Shown: positions 8,194-17,354, counted from the first letter of the stretch. The stretch is DNA of 49,431 nucleotides from an uncultured Rhodobacterales bacterium (GCA_964587905.1 CAZPOK010000001.1:1-49431), one strand, 5' to 3'. Program-made: numbers and translations. Notes: generated by a model not told the origin, from the sequence alone.

Positions 8194-9653
8194 CGCATTT
8201 CCCCTCTCTCGGCGATCAGCGTGGCCCAGCCAAGCGGGCTGACCGGTGAAGCCGCAAGCGCCCCTGCACCGATCGCCGCAAGCGCCGCGATGACTGCCGG
8301 ACCCACGAGCGCCGGCACCTTCTCGTCCCCTTTCGCATCCGCGGCCGGCTCGCGAAACCAGAGCCTGTAGAGAAGCGGCAGGAAATAGGCTGCGTTCAGG
8401 AGCGTGGATGCGCCGAGCACCGGCAGCACCCACGGCGCACCGCCCTGCAATGCCCCGAGCCCGAGATAGATCTTGCTGACAAACCCCGCGAGTGGCGGAA
8501 GCCCGATCATGCCGAGAGCCCCGAGAGAGAAGCAGGTGGAGGTCCAGGGCATTCGGGGACCGAGCCCGTTCAGGCCTGCAACGGTGCGGACACCGGCGCG
8601 TTCGTCGTAGATCCCCGCGCAGAAGAAGAGCGTGATCTTCATCAGGCCCTGGTGGACGAGATGCGCAAGGCCGCCGATCACACCGAAGGGGCTCGCGAGC
8701 GCGGCGCCGAGGACGATGTAGCTCACCTGGCTCACCGTGGAATAGGCGAGCCGCGTCTTGATTCCGTCCTGCTGGATCGCCCTCAGCGACCCCCAGATGA
8801 TCGTCGCCGAGGCCAGCGCCGCGAGCGGCATGCCCACCCCGAGATCGGCCACGCGCTCCACTCCGAAGACGTCGTAGATCACGCGGATCACCCCGAAAGC
8901 CCCTGCCTTGACCACGGCGACCGCGTGCAGGAGCGCCGAAACCGGCGCCGGTGCGGCCATCGCTGCCGGCAGCCAGCCATGGAGGGGGACGATGGCCGCC
9001 TTCATGCCGACGCCAAGGATGAAAAGGGCGAAGATCACCCGCAGGCTCGCCGGATCCAGCCCGTCGAGGTCGGGAGGTTCGGTGAACAGGACCGGTCCGG
9101 TGGAGCTTTCGAGCCAGACGATCGCCCAGAGCAGCGCCGCGCTGCAGGGCAGCGCGTAGAGCAGGTAGCGCCGCGCGGCCCTCAGCGACGCCTCGTCCTG
9201 CTTGTGGGCGACGAGCGGCCAGGTGCTCAGCGTGAGAAGCTCGAAGAAGATGAAGAAGGAAATCAGCGACCCCGACAGGGCGATGCCCGTCGTCGCCGCA
9301 ACGCACAGGCTGAAGAAGCCGAAGAATCGCGACAGCTCGGGCTTCGACCCGAAATAGGCGATCGCGTAGATCGTGGTGAGAAGCCAGAGCACCGCCGAGA
9401 GCGAGACGAACAGCAGCGCCAGCGCGTCGATGCGGAGCAGCAGGACGAGACCCGGCGCAAGAGGGATCTCGGTTTCGTAGCTGGCGCCCCGCTCCACCGC
9501 GAAGAGCATCGCCACGATCAGCGCCACCTTGAACACCGCGCCACCGAGGCTCAGCGCGTTGCGGAGCCGGTGGCTCTCCTGATCGAGGAAGAAGGTGATG
9601 ACGGCCGGAAGGAAAGAGGTCAGCAGGACGAAGACGGGAAGCAGTGCGGTCAC
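8190..9653 (-). CDS. mrpD: Mrp-like antiporter subunit D paralogue 2 (proton-antiporter-like, NuoM/N family)
   Basis: GTG start at 9653 (VTALLPVFVLL...) forms a GTGA overlap with the upstream stop. About 487 aa. Motifs include GVGMKAAIVPLHGWLPAAMAAPAPVSALLHA and LAYSTVSQVSY. Confidence 0.8.
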   Translation of the reverse strand: MTALLPVFVLLTSFLPAVITFFLDQESHRLRNALSLGGAVFKVALIVAMLFAVERGASYETEIPLAPGLVLLLRIDALALLFVSLSAVLWLLTTIYAIAYFGSKPELSRFFGFFSLCVAATTGIALSGSLISFFIFFELLTLSTWPLVAHKQDEASLRAARRYLLYALPCSAALLWAIVWLESSTGPVLFTEPPDLDGLDPASLRVIFALFILGVGMKAAIVPLHGWLPAAMAAPAPVSALLHAVAVVKAGAFGVIRVIYDVFGVERVADLGVGMPLAALASATIIWGSLRAIQQDGIKTRLAYSTVSQVSYIVLGAALASPFGVIGGLAHLVHQGLMKITLFFCAGIYDERAGVRTVAGLNGLGPRMPWTSTCFSLGALGMIGLPPLAGFVSKIYLGLGALQGGAPWVLPVLGASTLLNAAYFLPLLYRLWFREPAADAKGDEKVPALVGPAVIAALAAIGAGALAASPVSPLGWATLIAERGEMR

Positions 9654-11119
9654 AGCCCCTCCTCGGCCGCGGGCGGCCTCCCGATCTCGAGAATCCCATA
9701 GGCTCCGGCTGACGCGATGCCCAGTGCGACGGACGCGCCCGCGAGAAGGAGCGGCACCGCCTGCCGCGCGCGGGAGGGCGGCACGGGCGACGCCCCGGCG
9801 CCCCGCCCAAACAGCATGGCCAGCGGCCGGTAGAGGTAGGCGGCGGCGAGCAGCCCGCCGACAGCCATGACGAGCGCCCAGAGCCATTGTCCCGAAGCGA
9901 AGGCCGCCGTCATCACGAGGTACTTGCCGGTAAAGCCGCCCGAGGGAGGAAGTCCCACGAGCGTGACCGCCGACAGGGCGAAGGCGAAGGCGGTCATCGG
10001 CATCACCTTCGCCAGCCCGCGCACCGCGCTGAGCCGGTCGCCGCCCGCGGCCGCCATGCAATGCCCCACCGCAAGGAACATGCCGGCCTTGGCGAGGCCG
10101 TGGCTCAACGCGAGGAAGACCGCGCCGGTCCACGCCCCCGCCGCCCAGGGGAGGCCCGCGCTCGTTCCTCCGGCAAGCGGAAAGACGAGGAACAGGTAGC
10201 CGATCTGCGCGACGGTCGAATAGGCGACGATCAGCTTAAGCCGCTCCTGCGCCAGCGCCGCCAGGCTCCCCCAGATCACGGCGGCGGTCCCCAGAAGCGC
10301 GATGAGGACAAGCGGCCCGTCGGAGGCGCGGTCGGGCATGGCATCGAACCAGAGCCGCATGAGGATCACGAAAGATGCCTTCGGCACCAGTCCAGACAGG
10401 AGGGCGGATGCCGGAGCCGGCGCGCCGGCATGCGCGGGCGGAAGCCAGACGTGGAACGGGAAAAGCGCGGTCTTTGCCATGAGCCCGGCGGTCATCAGGG
10501 CCAGCGCGAGGCCATCGGGGGCCGACGGTGTCCGGACCGCGACAAGGTCGATGTCGAGCGTGCCGTGGCTTGCATAGATCAGCACGACACCGGCGAGATA
10601 CAGAAGCGATCCGGCGAGCGCGAAGACGATGTACCTGATCGCGGCGGCGAGAGCGGCGGCCTTGCCGTCGATGGCGACGAGACCGATGGCCGCGAGGCTC
10701 AGGAGCTCGATTCCCACGTAGAGATTGAAGAGGTCGCGCGACAGGAAGACCACGTTCAGCGCGGACCAGAGAAGGAGCATGAGCGGCCAGAATCCGAACG
10801 CCGCGCGGTCGCCCGCCAGGTCCGGGGCGAAGGTCCCGCGCGCGACAAGGCTCACGCCCGCCATGACGGTGGCCGTCATCACGATCAGGGTGACCCCGAG
10901 CCCGTCCGCCGCGAGAGCGATGCCGAGCGGCGGCGCCCATCCGCCGACCTCGAGCCGCAGGACGCCTTGCGAACTCACGCTGGCCGCCAGCGCCACCGCT
11001 GCCGCCGCCGTGGCTGCAATGGCGGAAAACGCGGCAGCGCGGCCGGCCTGCCCGGGCAGCGCCACGATGGCGAGCGCACCTGCGAGCGGGAGAACCAGCA
11101 GGGCGACGAGAAAGCTCAC
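9650..11119 (-). CDS. mrpD: Mrp-like antiporter subunit D paralogue 1 (proton-antiporter-like, NuoM/N family)
   Basis: 489-aa track ORF. Motifs include MAKTALFPFHVWLPPAHAGAPAPASALLSG and VAYSTVAQIGY. It overlaps mrpC by 4 nt. Confidence 0.85.
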   Translation of the reverse strand: MSFLVALLVLPLAGALAIVALPGQAGRAAAFSAIAATAAAAVALAASVSSQGVLRLEVGGWAPPLGIALAADGLGVTLIVMTATVMAGVSLVARGTFAPDLAGDRAAFGFWPLMLLLWSALNVVFLSRDLFNLYVGIELLSLAAIGLVAIDGKAAALAAAIRYIVFALAGSLLYLAGVVLIYASHGTLDIDLVAVRTPSAPDGLALALMTAGLMAKTALFPFHVWLPPAHAGAPAPASALLSGLVPKASFVILMRLWFDAMPDRASDGPLVLIALLGTAAVIWGSLAALAQERLKLIVAYSTVAQIGYLFLVFPLAGGTSAGLPWAAGAWTGAVFLALSHGLAKAGMFLAVGHCMAAAGGDRLSAVRGLAKVMPMTAFAFALSAVTLVGLPPSGGFTGKYLVMTAAFASGQWLWALVMAVGGLLAAAYLYRPLAMLFGRGAGASPVPPSRARQAVPLLLAGASVALGIASAGAYGILEIGRPPAAEEGL

Positions 11120-11421
11120 CCGCCGTCCTCTTCCTCGGGCAGGACGACGCGTCCGGCCACCCGTGCATGAGCCACGAGAAGGCCGACCGCCAGCGCGCTC
11201 GCCGACAGGGCCACGACGATCCCGGTAATGATGAGCGCCTGCGGCACGGGATCGGCCGCCCCGCCGCGCGCGCCCGTCGCTCCGAAAAAGAGAAAGAGCC
11301 CCGAACCGATCAGGTTGAAGGCCACGATCCGCCGCAGGAGGTGACGTGCCGCGATGAGGCCGTAGAACCCGATCCCGATCGCCGCCGATCCGGTCAGAGC
11401 GTAGAGGGTGAGCGCGCTCAT
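11116..11421 (-). CDS. mrpC: Mrp-like antiporter subunit C (NuoK-like)
   Basis: Start ATG 11421 (MSALTLYALTGSAAIGIGFYGLIAARHLLRRIVAFNLIGSGLFLFF...) gives 101 aa with three TM helices. It forms an ATGA overlap with mrpB. Confidence 0.8.
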   Translation of the reverse strand: MSALTLYALTGSAAIGIGFYGLIAARHLLRRIVAFNLIGSGLFLFFGATGARGGAADPVPQALIITGIVVALSASALAVGLLVAHARVAGRVVLPEEEDGG

Positions 11422-12335
11422 TCGCGGCGCTCCCCCTCCGGAGGCCCCAGAACGAGGAAGACCAGCGTCACCGCGATCGAGATCGCCAGACCGACCTCGA
11501 TGACGAAGATGGCGGTGCCCGCCACGGGTTCGGGCAGGGTCAGGAACCCCGCGCCCAGAACCGCCCCCGCCAGTCCCGCGACGAGGAAGACCGACGGTCC
11601 GGCAACGAGCGCCACGCGCCAGCGGTGCGCGGCGATGCGAGGCGGCCGCACCAGTCCGGCCATCGCCGCGACGAGCCCCACGGCCGCGAGGACGGTGCCG
11701 CCCTGGAACGCGCCGCCCGGCTGGTCGGCGCCGACGTAGACGAGGTAGACCCCCACGAGAAAGCCGACCGGCGGAAGCAGCCGCCCGAATCCCGCCATGA
11801 CGCCCCCCGGTCGCACGTGCTGCGGCAGACCGAGGCGATTGCCCCAGTCGCCATCGCGGGCCATCATCCAGAGGCCGATGAGCGCCGCAAGCAGAACGAT
11901 GCTTTCCAGCAGAGTATCCCAGGCCCGGAAGTTGAGAAGCACGGCCGTCACCGGGTTCTCGACACCGGCCGGAGGCAACTCCCATTCCCGTCGCACGGGC
12001 GCCGGCATCGCGAACCATGCCCAGGCGAGAGCGCCGGTCAACCCACCGCAGGCCAGCGCGGCGGGGAGATGGAAACGGCCCGGCGCCGCGTCGTCGCTCA
12101 CGTTTCGGGCAAGCCGACCGAATGTCGTGAGGAAGAGAACTCCGGTCAGCCCGGCACCGATGGCCGCCTCGGCCAGGGCGACGTCGACCGCATCGAGCCG
12201 GACCCAGGCCACGGCCATCAGGAGACCGTAGACGATGAAGAACACGATCGACCGGAAGACGCCCCGCCCCAGGACCGTGGCGAAGGCGACCCCAAGGATG
12301 AGCGCGCAAAGCGCGGCATCGAATGCCCAGGTCAT
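11418..12335 (-). CDS. mrpB: Fusion of a DUF4040 (MrpA C-terminal / MbhD-like) segment with an MnhB/MrpB domain
   Basis: Start ATG 12335 (MTWAFDAALCAL...) gives 305 aa. The N-terminal part with LDAVDVALAEAAIGAGLTGVLFL is DUF4040-like. The C-terminal part with NPVTAVLLNFRAWDTLLESIVLLAA is the MnhB signature. It overlaps the mrpG stop by 1 nt. Confidence 0.75.
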   Translation of the reverse strand: MTWAFDAALCALILGVAFATVLGRGVFRSIVFFIVYGLLMAVAWVRLDAVDVALAEAAIGAGLTGVLFLTTFGRLARNVSDDAAPGRFHLPAALACGGLTGALAWAWFAMPAPVRREWELPPAGVENPVTAVLLNFRAWDTLLESIVLLAALIGLWMMARDGDWGNRLGLPQHVRPGGVMAGFGRLLPPVGFLVGVYLVYVGADQPGGAFQGGTVLAAVGLVAAMAGLVRPPRIAAHRWRVALVAGPSVFLVAGLAGAVLGAGFLTLPEPVAGTAIFVIEVGLAISIAVTLVFLVLGPPEGERRE

Positions 12336-12616
12336 CACCCGCTGCGATCCTTCAGCGCGGCACGGGCGATGAGCTGCGACACCGTTCCGGCGGCAAGCAG
12401 CGTCAGCGCCCAGATCAGGACGAGGAGCGCCATCTCCCGCCACCCCTCGACCTGGAAGAGCATGCCCAGGGTGATGAAGCCGAGCCCGAGGTTGTCGGCC
12501 TTGGTCAGCGCGTGAAGGCGCGTGAACACGTCGGGGAAGCGAAGGAGCCCGATCGTCCCGGCGATGAAAAAGCACAGCCCCAGTCCGGTAAAGGCGATGG
12601 TCGCAATGTCAGCCAT
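12335..12616 (-). CDS. mrpG: Mrp-like antiporter subunit G
   Basis: 93 aa. GTIGLLRFPDVFTRLHALTKADNLGLG matches the MnhG/PhaG signature. It overlaps mrpF by 8 nt. Confidence 0.8.
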   Translation of the reverse strand: MADIATIAFTGLGLCFFIAGTIGLLRFPDVFTRLHALTKADNLGLGFITLGMLFQVEGWREMALLVLIWALTLLAAGTVSQLIARAALKDRSG

Positions 12617-12932
12617 CCGACGTCTCCCCGGCGGGGCCGCGATCGGGTGACGGCGTCTCGTCCTCCTCCGGGTCGCCCGCGCCGTCCGCGCTCGTCGCCT
12701 TCACGAAGCCGACGGCAGCCAGGGCCGCGAGCAGAGCGAGCGTGAGCGCGACGTCGAGCGCCCCGCGCCCGTGAACCGGCGCGAGAAGCACCAGAACCGC
12801 CACGCCGCCCGTCCCGACAAGCTGGGCGCCCATCATGCGGTCGGCGGGGCCGGGACCTTTCCAGACACGAAGCAGCGCGCCGGCAAGGCTCGCCAGCACC
12901 CCGAGCGCGACGAAGGACAGCCAGACCGTCAT
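12609..12932 (-). CDS. mrpF: Mrp-like antiporter subunit F
   Basis: 107 aa. LLRVWKGPGPADRMMGAQL matches the MrpF/PhaF (GPxxxDR) signature. It has an acidic C-terminal tail and overlaps mrpE by 4 nt. Confidence 0.8.
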   Translation of the reverse strand: MTVWLSFVALGVLASLAGALLRVWKGPGPADRMMGAQLVGTGGVAVLVLLAPVHGRGALDVALTLALLAALAAVGFVKATSADGAGDPEEDETPSPDRGPAGETSDG

Positions 12933-13423
12933 GGCGGCGGCCGGCCCGGATCACGATCAAGTATCATCGCGGCGATTGCTGTCTCCTCCCGCGGGATGGC
13001 GCGTTCGAATCCCGCGTCGGTGTCGAGCAGATGTACCAGAAGCCGCCCCTCGCGTGTGCCGGCCGCCAGCGTCCCCGGCATGAGGGAGAGTTCGCCTCCT
13101 ATCGCGGCGCGTCCCCCGTCGGACAGTTCCACGGGCACTTCTACCCAGCCCGGCCGGAGACGCATGCGCGGAGACAGCGCCCTGCGGGCCACATCGATGC
13201 CGCCGAGGAACGAGCCCGCGAGGAACACCGGGACGTGGCGCGCGAAACGCCACACGCTGAGCCGTCGATGAGCGGGAAGCAGCCCGAGACTGAGCCAGAC
13301 CGCTACCGGCACGGCCAGGGCGCCAACCGCGAGCCCCTTCGGCTCCACACCGGTCATAACCGCCCACACTCCCCCGAGAAACAGAGTTCGACGCAGGACA
13401 GCGCTGATGACATCCGATGACAT
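12929..13423 (-). CDS. mrpE: Mrp-like antiporter subunit E (first gene of the module)
   Basis: 164 aa. LSLMPGTLAAG...LLVHLLD matches the MnhE (LTPGT...vH.ld) signature. Confidence 0.8.
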   Translation of the reverse strand: MSSDVISAVLRRTLFLGGVWAVMTGVEPKGLAVGALAVPVAVWLSLGLLPAHRRLSVWRFARHVPVFLAGSFLGGIDVARRALSPRMRLRPGWVEVPVELSDGGRAAIGGELSLMPGTLAAGTREGRLLVHLLDTDAGFERAIPREETAIAAMILDRDPGRPPP

Positions 13424-13747
13424 GCAACAAACTCAACCGATACGCACGCGGCTTTCAAGCACGCAGTTCCTCCCCTTGGCCGCGACAAAGTCGGCCTGAT
13501 CGCCATCGCGCACGGGCGACAACCCGGCGGCGATGTTCGGGGAGTGCACGCGCGCTGTTCCTCGCCCCGATCCGACAGAGCGGCCACGGCCCGCAACTCA
13601 GCGGGTCCGACGCTGCCCGTGGCCCCCGGCTCGGCAAGCCGATCCACAACGTCGGCTTCGGACGGCGCTGGCGGCCTTTTCAGATGCTGACGCGGCGCGC
13701 TGTCTCGGGCCAGCGGTTCCCGACTTCGCGCCAATCTTGCGAAGTGA

Positions 13748-13769
13748 AACATGAATCATTATTCATGTT
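13748..13769. promoter_or_regulatory. Perfect 22-bp palindrome AACATGAAT-CATT-ATTCATGTT, a candidate TetR operator (copy 1)
   Basis: Read directly. It ends 2 nt before the TetR ATG (13772). A 21-nt core TGAAACATGAATCATTATTCA (13745..13765) recurs identically at 19387..19407. Confidence 0.7.
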
Positions 13770-13771
13770 GA

Positions 13772-14362
13772 ATGGCAGAGGGAACACTTCCCAAGACGAG
13801 GCGCGGCGTTGCACGGCGGGAGAGGATCCTGCGGGCAGCCGAGACCGTCATTGGAGAGAAAGGATACGCCGCAGCCTCGATCGCCGACATCACGCGGACG
13901 GCGGAAACCGCTCTCGGAACGTTCTACATCTACTTCGCGAGCAAGGAGGACGTCTTCCGGGAACTCGTCCTCGAGATGGGCCAGCTGACACGCGCTGCCG
14001 TCACACGCGCGGCAGCCGGCAGTCCCGACCGGCTCGAGGCCGAGCGCGCCGGGCTCCGCGCATTCCTCAGGTTCGTCGCCGAGCGCCCCTCGCTCTACCG
14101 GATCGTCGAGGAGGCACGATTCGCCGACCCCGACGCCTACAAGGCGTACTTCACGAGCTTCGCGGACGCCTACGTGGCGCAACTCGGCGAGGCCGCCGCG
14201 GCAGGACAGATCTCGGCGGGCGATCCCGAAGTCCGCGCCTGGGCGCTGATGGGAATTGCGAAGACACTCGGCGAGCGCTTCGTTCTCTGGGACGAAACCC
14301 CGGACATCGAGCACGTGGTTGACGAAGCCTTCGCGCTGATAAGGAGCGGTCTCGCGCCATGA
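13772..14362 (+). CDS. TetR/AcrR-family transcriptional regulator
   Basis: 196 aa. The N-terminal HTH RERILRAAETVIGEKGYAAASIADITRTAETALGTFYIYFASKEDVF is typical of the TetR family. Confidence 0.9.
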   Translation: MAEGTLPKTRRGVARRERILRAAETVIGEKGYAAASIADITRTAETALGTFYIYFASKEDVFRELVLEMGQLTRAAVTRAAAGSPDRLEAERAGLRAFLRFVAERPSLYRIVEEARFADPDAYKAYFTSFADAYVAQLGEAAAAGQISAGDPEVRAWALMGIAKTLGERFVLWDETPDIEHVVDEAFALIRSGLAP

Positions 14363-14544
14363 GCGGGCCGGCACGGCTCGATCGCATGTCGCTCAGCGCC
14401 AGAAGGCCGGCATCGTTCGAGAGGATCTGAGCAAGGGCCCGCTCGCGGCCGAAGCCCGACGAGGAGCTTCCGGCCGCAGGAGATCTCGCGGACCATCCGG
14501 TTGGTGCAGGACGATCGCCGGCGCGTCCTCTGCATCCTGATCGT

Positions 14545-15597
14545 TCAGCGCCCTGCCCTCAGCCGCCCGACGATGCCGGTGGGAAAGAAGTAGACGCTGA
14601 GCACGAAGAGCACGCCCAGCCAGAGAAGCCAGCGATCCGGGTCGAGGAGATCGGGGACCAGCGGCAGAGCTGACGTGGCTTCCGACGCAGCGCCCATCAG
14701 GGTATGCAGGTAGTTCTGCGCGAGCACGAAGATCGTGGCCCCGATGACCGCGCCGTACATCGTACCCATCCCCCCGATCACGACCATGAGCAGGATGTCG
14801 AGCATGATCTCGAAGGACAAGGTCGTGTCCGGGCCGACGTAGCGCAGCCAGATCGCGAAGAGGCTTCCCGCCAGCGCCGCGACGGCCGCGGAGAGACAGG
14901 TGGCAAGAGTCCGGTAGAGGACGACGCGATACCCGATGGCCTCGGCGCGGAAGTCGTTCTCACGGATCGCCTGCAAGACCCGGCCGAAGGGAGAGTTCAC
15001 GACGCGCACGAGCAGGAGAAACAGCGCGAGCGACGCAAAGAAGACGAGATAGTAGTTCAGGAGCTTCCCGTTGAATGGCACGCCGAAGACCTCGCCCAGT
15101 CGGAACGCGGGGGTCAGCTCGCGCGGGATCGTGTAGTTCAGCCCGTCCTCACCGCCCGTCAGACCCGACAGCTGGCTCACGAGGACCGCAACCGCGGAGG
15201 CGACCGCAAGCGTGATCATGGCGAAGAAGATGGCCCGGACACGGAGCGAGAAGAGGCCGATGACAAGCGCGAGGACCGTCGCGGCGAGGGCCCCGAGGAG
15301 CGCGCCGACGATAAGCGCGTCCCAGCCCCGGCCCATGTGGGTCGAGGCGAGCGCCACGCCGTAGGCACCAAGGCCGAAGAACATGGTGTGCGCGAAACTC
15401 ACGATCCCGGTGTAGCCCAGCAGAAGGTCATAGCTCGCCACCAGCACGATGAAGATGCAGATGCGCGCCGCCGTCTCGAGCGAGCGGACGCCGGGAAAGA
15501 GGAACGGTGCGAAGGCAAGCGATCCGAGGATGATCAGGAGGATCGCCGTCAGGAGGAGCGACCGCGGCCTGTCGCCGGAGAGGAGACCAACGAGCAT
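14545..15597 (-). CDS. Branched-chain-amino-acid-type (HAAT family) ABC transporter permease, LivM-like (transporter 1)
   Basis: 350-aa polytopic ORF with a LivM-like pattern (SFAHTMFFGLGAYG). It is the last gene of the operon. Confidence 0.85.
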   Translation of the reverse strand: MLVGLLSGDRPRSLLLTAILLIILGSLAFAPFLFPGVRSLETAARICIFIVLVASYDLLLGYTGIVSFAHTMFFGLGAYGVALASTHMGRGWDALIVGALLGALAATVLALVIGLFSLRVRAIFFAMITLAVASAVAVLVSQLSGLTGGEDGLNYTIPRELTPAFRLGEVFGVPFNGKLLNYYLVFFASLALFLLLVRVVNSPFGRVLQAIRENDFRAEAIGYRVVLYRTLATCLSAAVAALAGSLFAIWLRYVGPDTTLSFEIMLDILLMVVIGGMGTMYGAVIGATIFVLAQNYLHTLMGAASEATSALPLVPDLLDPDRWLLWLGVLFVLSVYFFPTGIVGRLRAGR

Positions 15598-15598
15598 C

Positions 15599-16630
15599 CT
15601 ATTTCGCCTTCACGACGGGCATCATGCCCTGCGGCCGCCACATCAGGACCGCCGTCATCAGCGCGATGTTCGACACCAGAGCCACCTTGGGTTCGAGGAA
15701 GGCAATGTAGTTCTGCAGAAGCCCGACGAGGAGAGCGCCGATGAACGCACCCTCGACGGACCCGAGCCCGCCGATGATCACCACGATGAAGACGAGGATC
15801 ATCATCTCCTCGCCCATGCCGGCGGTGATGACCTCCTGATAGAGACCCCACATCACCCCGCCCAGTCCGGCGAGCGCCGATCCGGCGATGAAGACGCCGA
15901 TGAAGACGAGGCTCAGCCGGTAGCCGAGCGCCTCCACCATCTCACCGTTCTGGACGCCGGCCCGTACGATCAGCCCGATCTTCGTGCGCCGGAGAACCAG
16001 CCGCATCGCGACGAAGAGAATGACGCCGACCACGACCGCGAGGAGCCGGTAGCGCTCGATCGCCGCACCCCAGAAGGTGAAGGCGCCCTTCAGGGTCTCC
16101 GGGCGCGTGAGGAAGATCTCGTCGGGTCCCCAGACCACGTGGATGAGCTGCTCGATCACGATGAGGCCGCCGACGGTGACGAGGATCTGCTTCAGGTGCG
16201 CGCCGTAAACCGGCCGGACGATCACCCTCTCGAATCCCCAGCCGAGAGCGCCAGTCACGCACATCGCCGCGATCGCGGCGAGCAGGATGGCGGCGATGTT
16301 GAGCAGAAGCGATGGACTGCCGGTCCAGTTTCCAAGCGCGAGCAGCACCGTGATGCCGACGAAGGCCCCGACCGAGATGAACGCCCCGTGGCCGAAGTTG
16401 ATGACGTCCATAAGTCCGAAGACGAGCGTGAGGCCCGAGGCCATGATGAAGATCATCATGCCCATGGCGAGACCGGAGACGGTGAGCGTGAGCCAGCTCG
16501 ACGTCGAGCCGATGGCGAAGAAGCCCAGGACGACGAGCACGGGTATCAGCAGGTAGGGCGCCCACGCGTCCAGACGCTGGGGGAGCGAGAGCTCCGCGTA
16601 TTTCGGGGCGTGGTCGGGGGTCGCGGTCAT
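15599..16630 (-). CDS. HAAT-family ABC transporter permease, LivH-like (transporter 1)
   Basis: 343 aa. It has VINFGHGAF and the other LivH hallmarks. It lies 1 nt from the neighbouring genes. Confidence 0.85.
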   Translation of the reverse strand: MTATPDHAPKYAELSLPQRLDAWAPYLLIPVLVVLGFFAIGSTSSWLTLTVSGLAMGMMIFIMASGLTLVFGLMDVINFGHGAFISVGAFVGITVLLALGNWTGSPSLLLNIAAILLAAIAAMCVTGALGWGFERVIVRPVYGAHLKQILVTVGGLIVIEQLIHVVWGPDEIFLTRPETLKGAFTFWGAAIERYRLLAVVVGVILFVAMRLVLRRTKIGLIVRAGVQNGEMVEALGYRLSLVFIGVFIAGSALAGLGGVMWGLYQEVITAGMGEEMMILVFIVVIIGGLGSVEGAFIGALLVGLLQNYIAFLEPKVALVSNIALMTAVLMWRPQGMMPVVKAK

Positions 16631-16631
16631 T

Positions 16632-17354
16632 TCAGGGCGCCTCCATGCTGAGACCCATGAGGCGCTCCTGAAGCGCGGCGTCGGAGCCGAGTTCCGCCAT
16701 GCTCCCGGTCCAGACGATGCGTCCGTCGTCCATCACGGCCGCGGAATCGCCGAGCGCCTTTGCCACCGAGAAGTTCTGCTCCACCAGCAGGATCGAGGCG
16801 CCGCGCCGCTTGAGGTCGCGAAGCGCACCCGCCATGGTCGAGATGATCGCGGGCGCGAGGCCCTTCGTCGGCTCGTCGACGAGGTAGAGCTTGCGTTCCT
16901 CCGCCATCGCCCGCGCGATCGACAGCATCTGCTTCTGCCCGCCCGAAAGATTGCCCGCCTCCGATTTCCAGAACGTCCGAAGCGGCGGGAAGGCGGCGAA
17001 GATCCATTCGAGCCGCTCGCCATCGAGCGGGCCCGAGGCCGCGGCGAGGATCATGTTCTCCTCGACAGTGAGATCGGTGAAGATGCCCATGTCTTCGGGC
17101 ACGAATCCCATTCCGGCCCGTGCGCGGACCGCCGTCGCGGCCGAGGTGACGTTGGCCCCGTCGAACCGGATCACCCCGGCTCTCGCCTTCAAATGCCCCA
17201 TGATCGTCCGTAGCGTCGTCGTCTTCCCCACGCCGTTCCGGCCGAGCAGCATCGTCACGCCGCCGCGGGGAACCACGAGATCGACGCCCTGCAGGATATG
17301 GTACTGGGCGATGTCGGCGTGGACGCCCGAGAGCGCGAGGATCGGCTCAGACAT
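16632..17354 (-). CDS. HAAT-family ABC transporter ATP-binding protein, LivF-like (transporter 1)
   Basis: Start ATG 17354 (MSEPILALSGVHA...) gives 240 aa. It has Walker A GRNGVGKTT, signature LSGGQKQML and Walker B LYLVDEP. It overlaps the LivG-like gene by 8 nt. Confidence 0.85.
   Translation of the reverse strand: MSEPILALSGVHADIAQYHILQGVDLVVPRGGVTMLLGRNGVGKTTTLRTIMGHLKARAGVIRFDGANVTSAATAVRARAGMGFVPEDMGIFTDLTVEENMILAAASGPLDGERLEWIFAAFPPLRTFWKSEAGNLSGGQKQMLSIARAMAEERKLYLVDEPTKGLAPAIISTMAGALRDLKRRGASILLVEQNFSVAKALGDSAAVMDDGRIVWTGSMAELGSDAALQERLMGLSMEAP

Noticed and set aside
6559-9810. 1083-aa track ORF suggesting a giant fused antiporter protein
   Set aside because: The upstream two-thirds is out-of-frame read-through over the neighbouring mrpD-like gene and is Arg/Gly/Pro-rich. 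The real gene starts at ATG 8193, where the hydrophobic sequence begins, and forms an ATGA overlap with the upstream stop.
13424-13744. 132-aa minus-strand ORF (13354..13752) and other ORFs in the mrpE/TetR spacer
   Set aside because: It runs into mrpE in a different frame. Its GC3 (about 70% over 60 hand-counted codons) looks lower than that of real genes here. It has no SD and no motif. I treated the region as a long regulatory spacer.
14359-14544. 24-codon ORF overlapping the TetR stop (ATGA, 14359..14430) and coding-like GC3 in the 182-bp convergent spacer
   Set aside because: It is too short and featureless to call. No frame gives a recognisable protein. It is possibly a decayed gene remnant, but I cannot support that from sequence alone.
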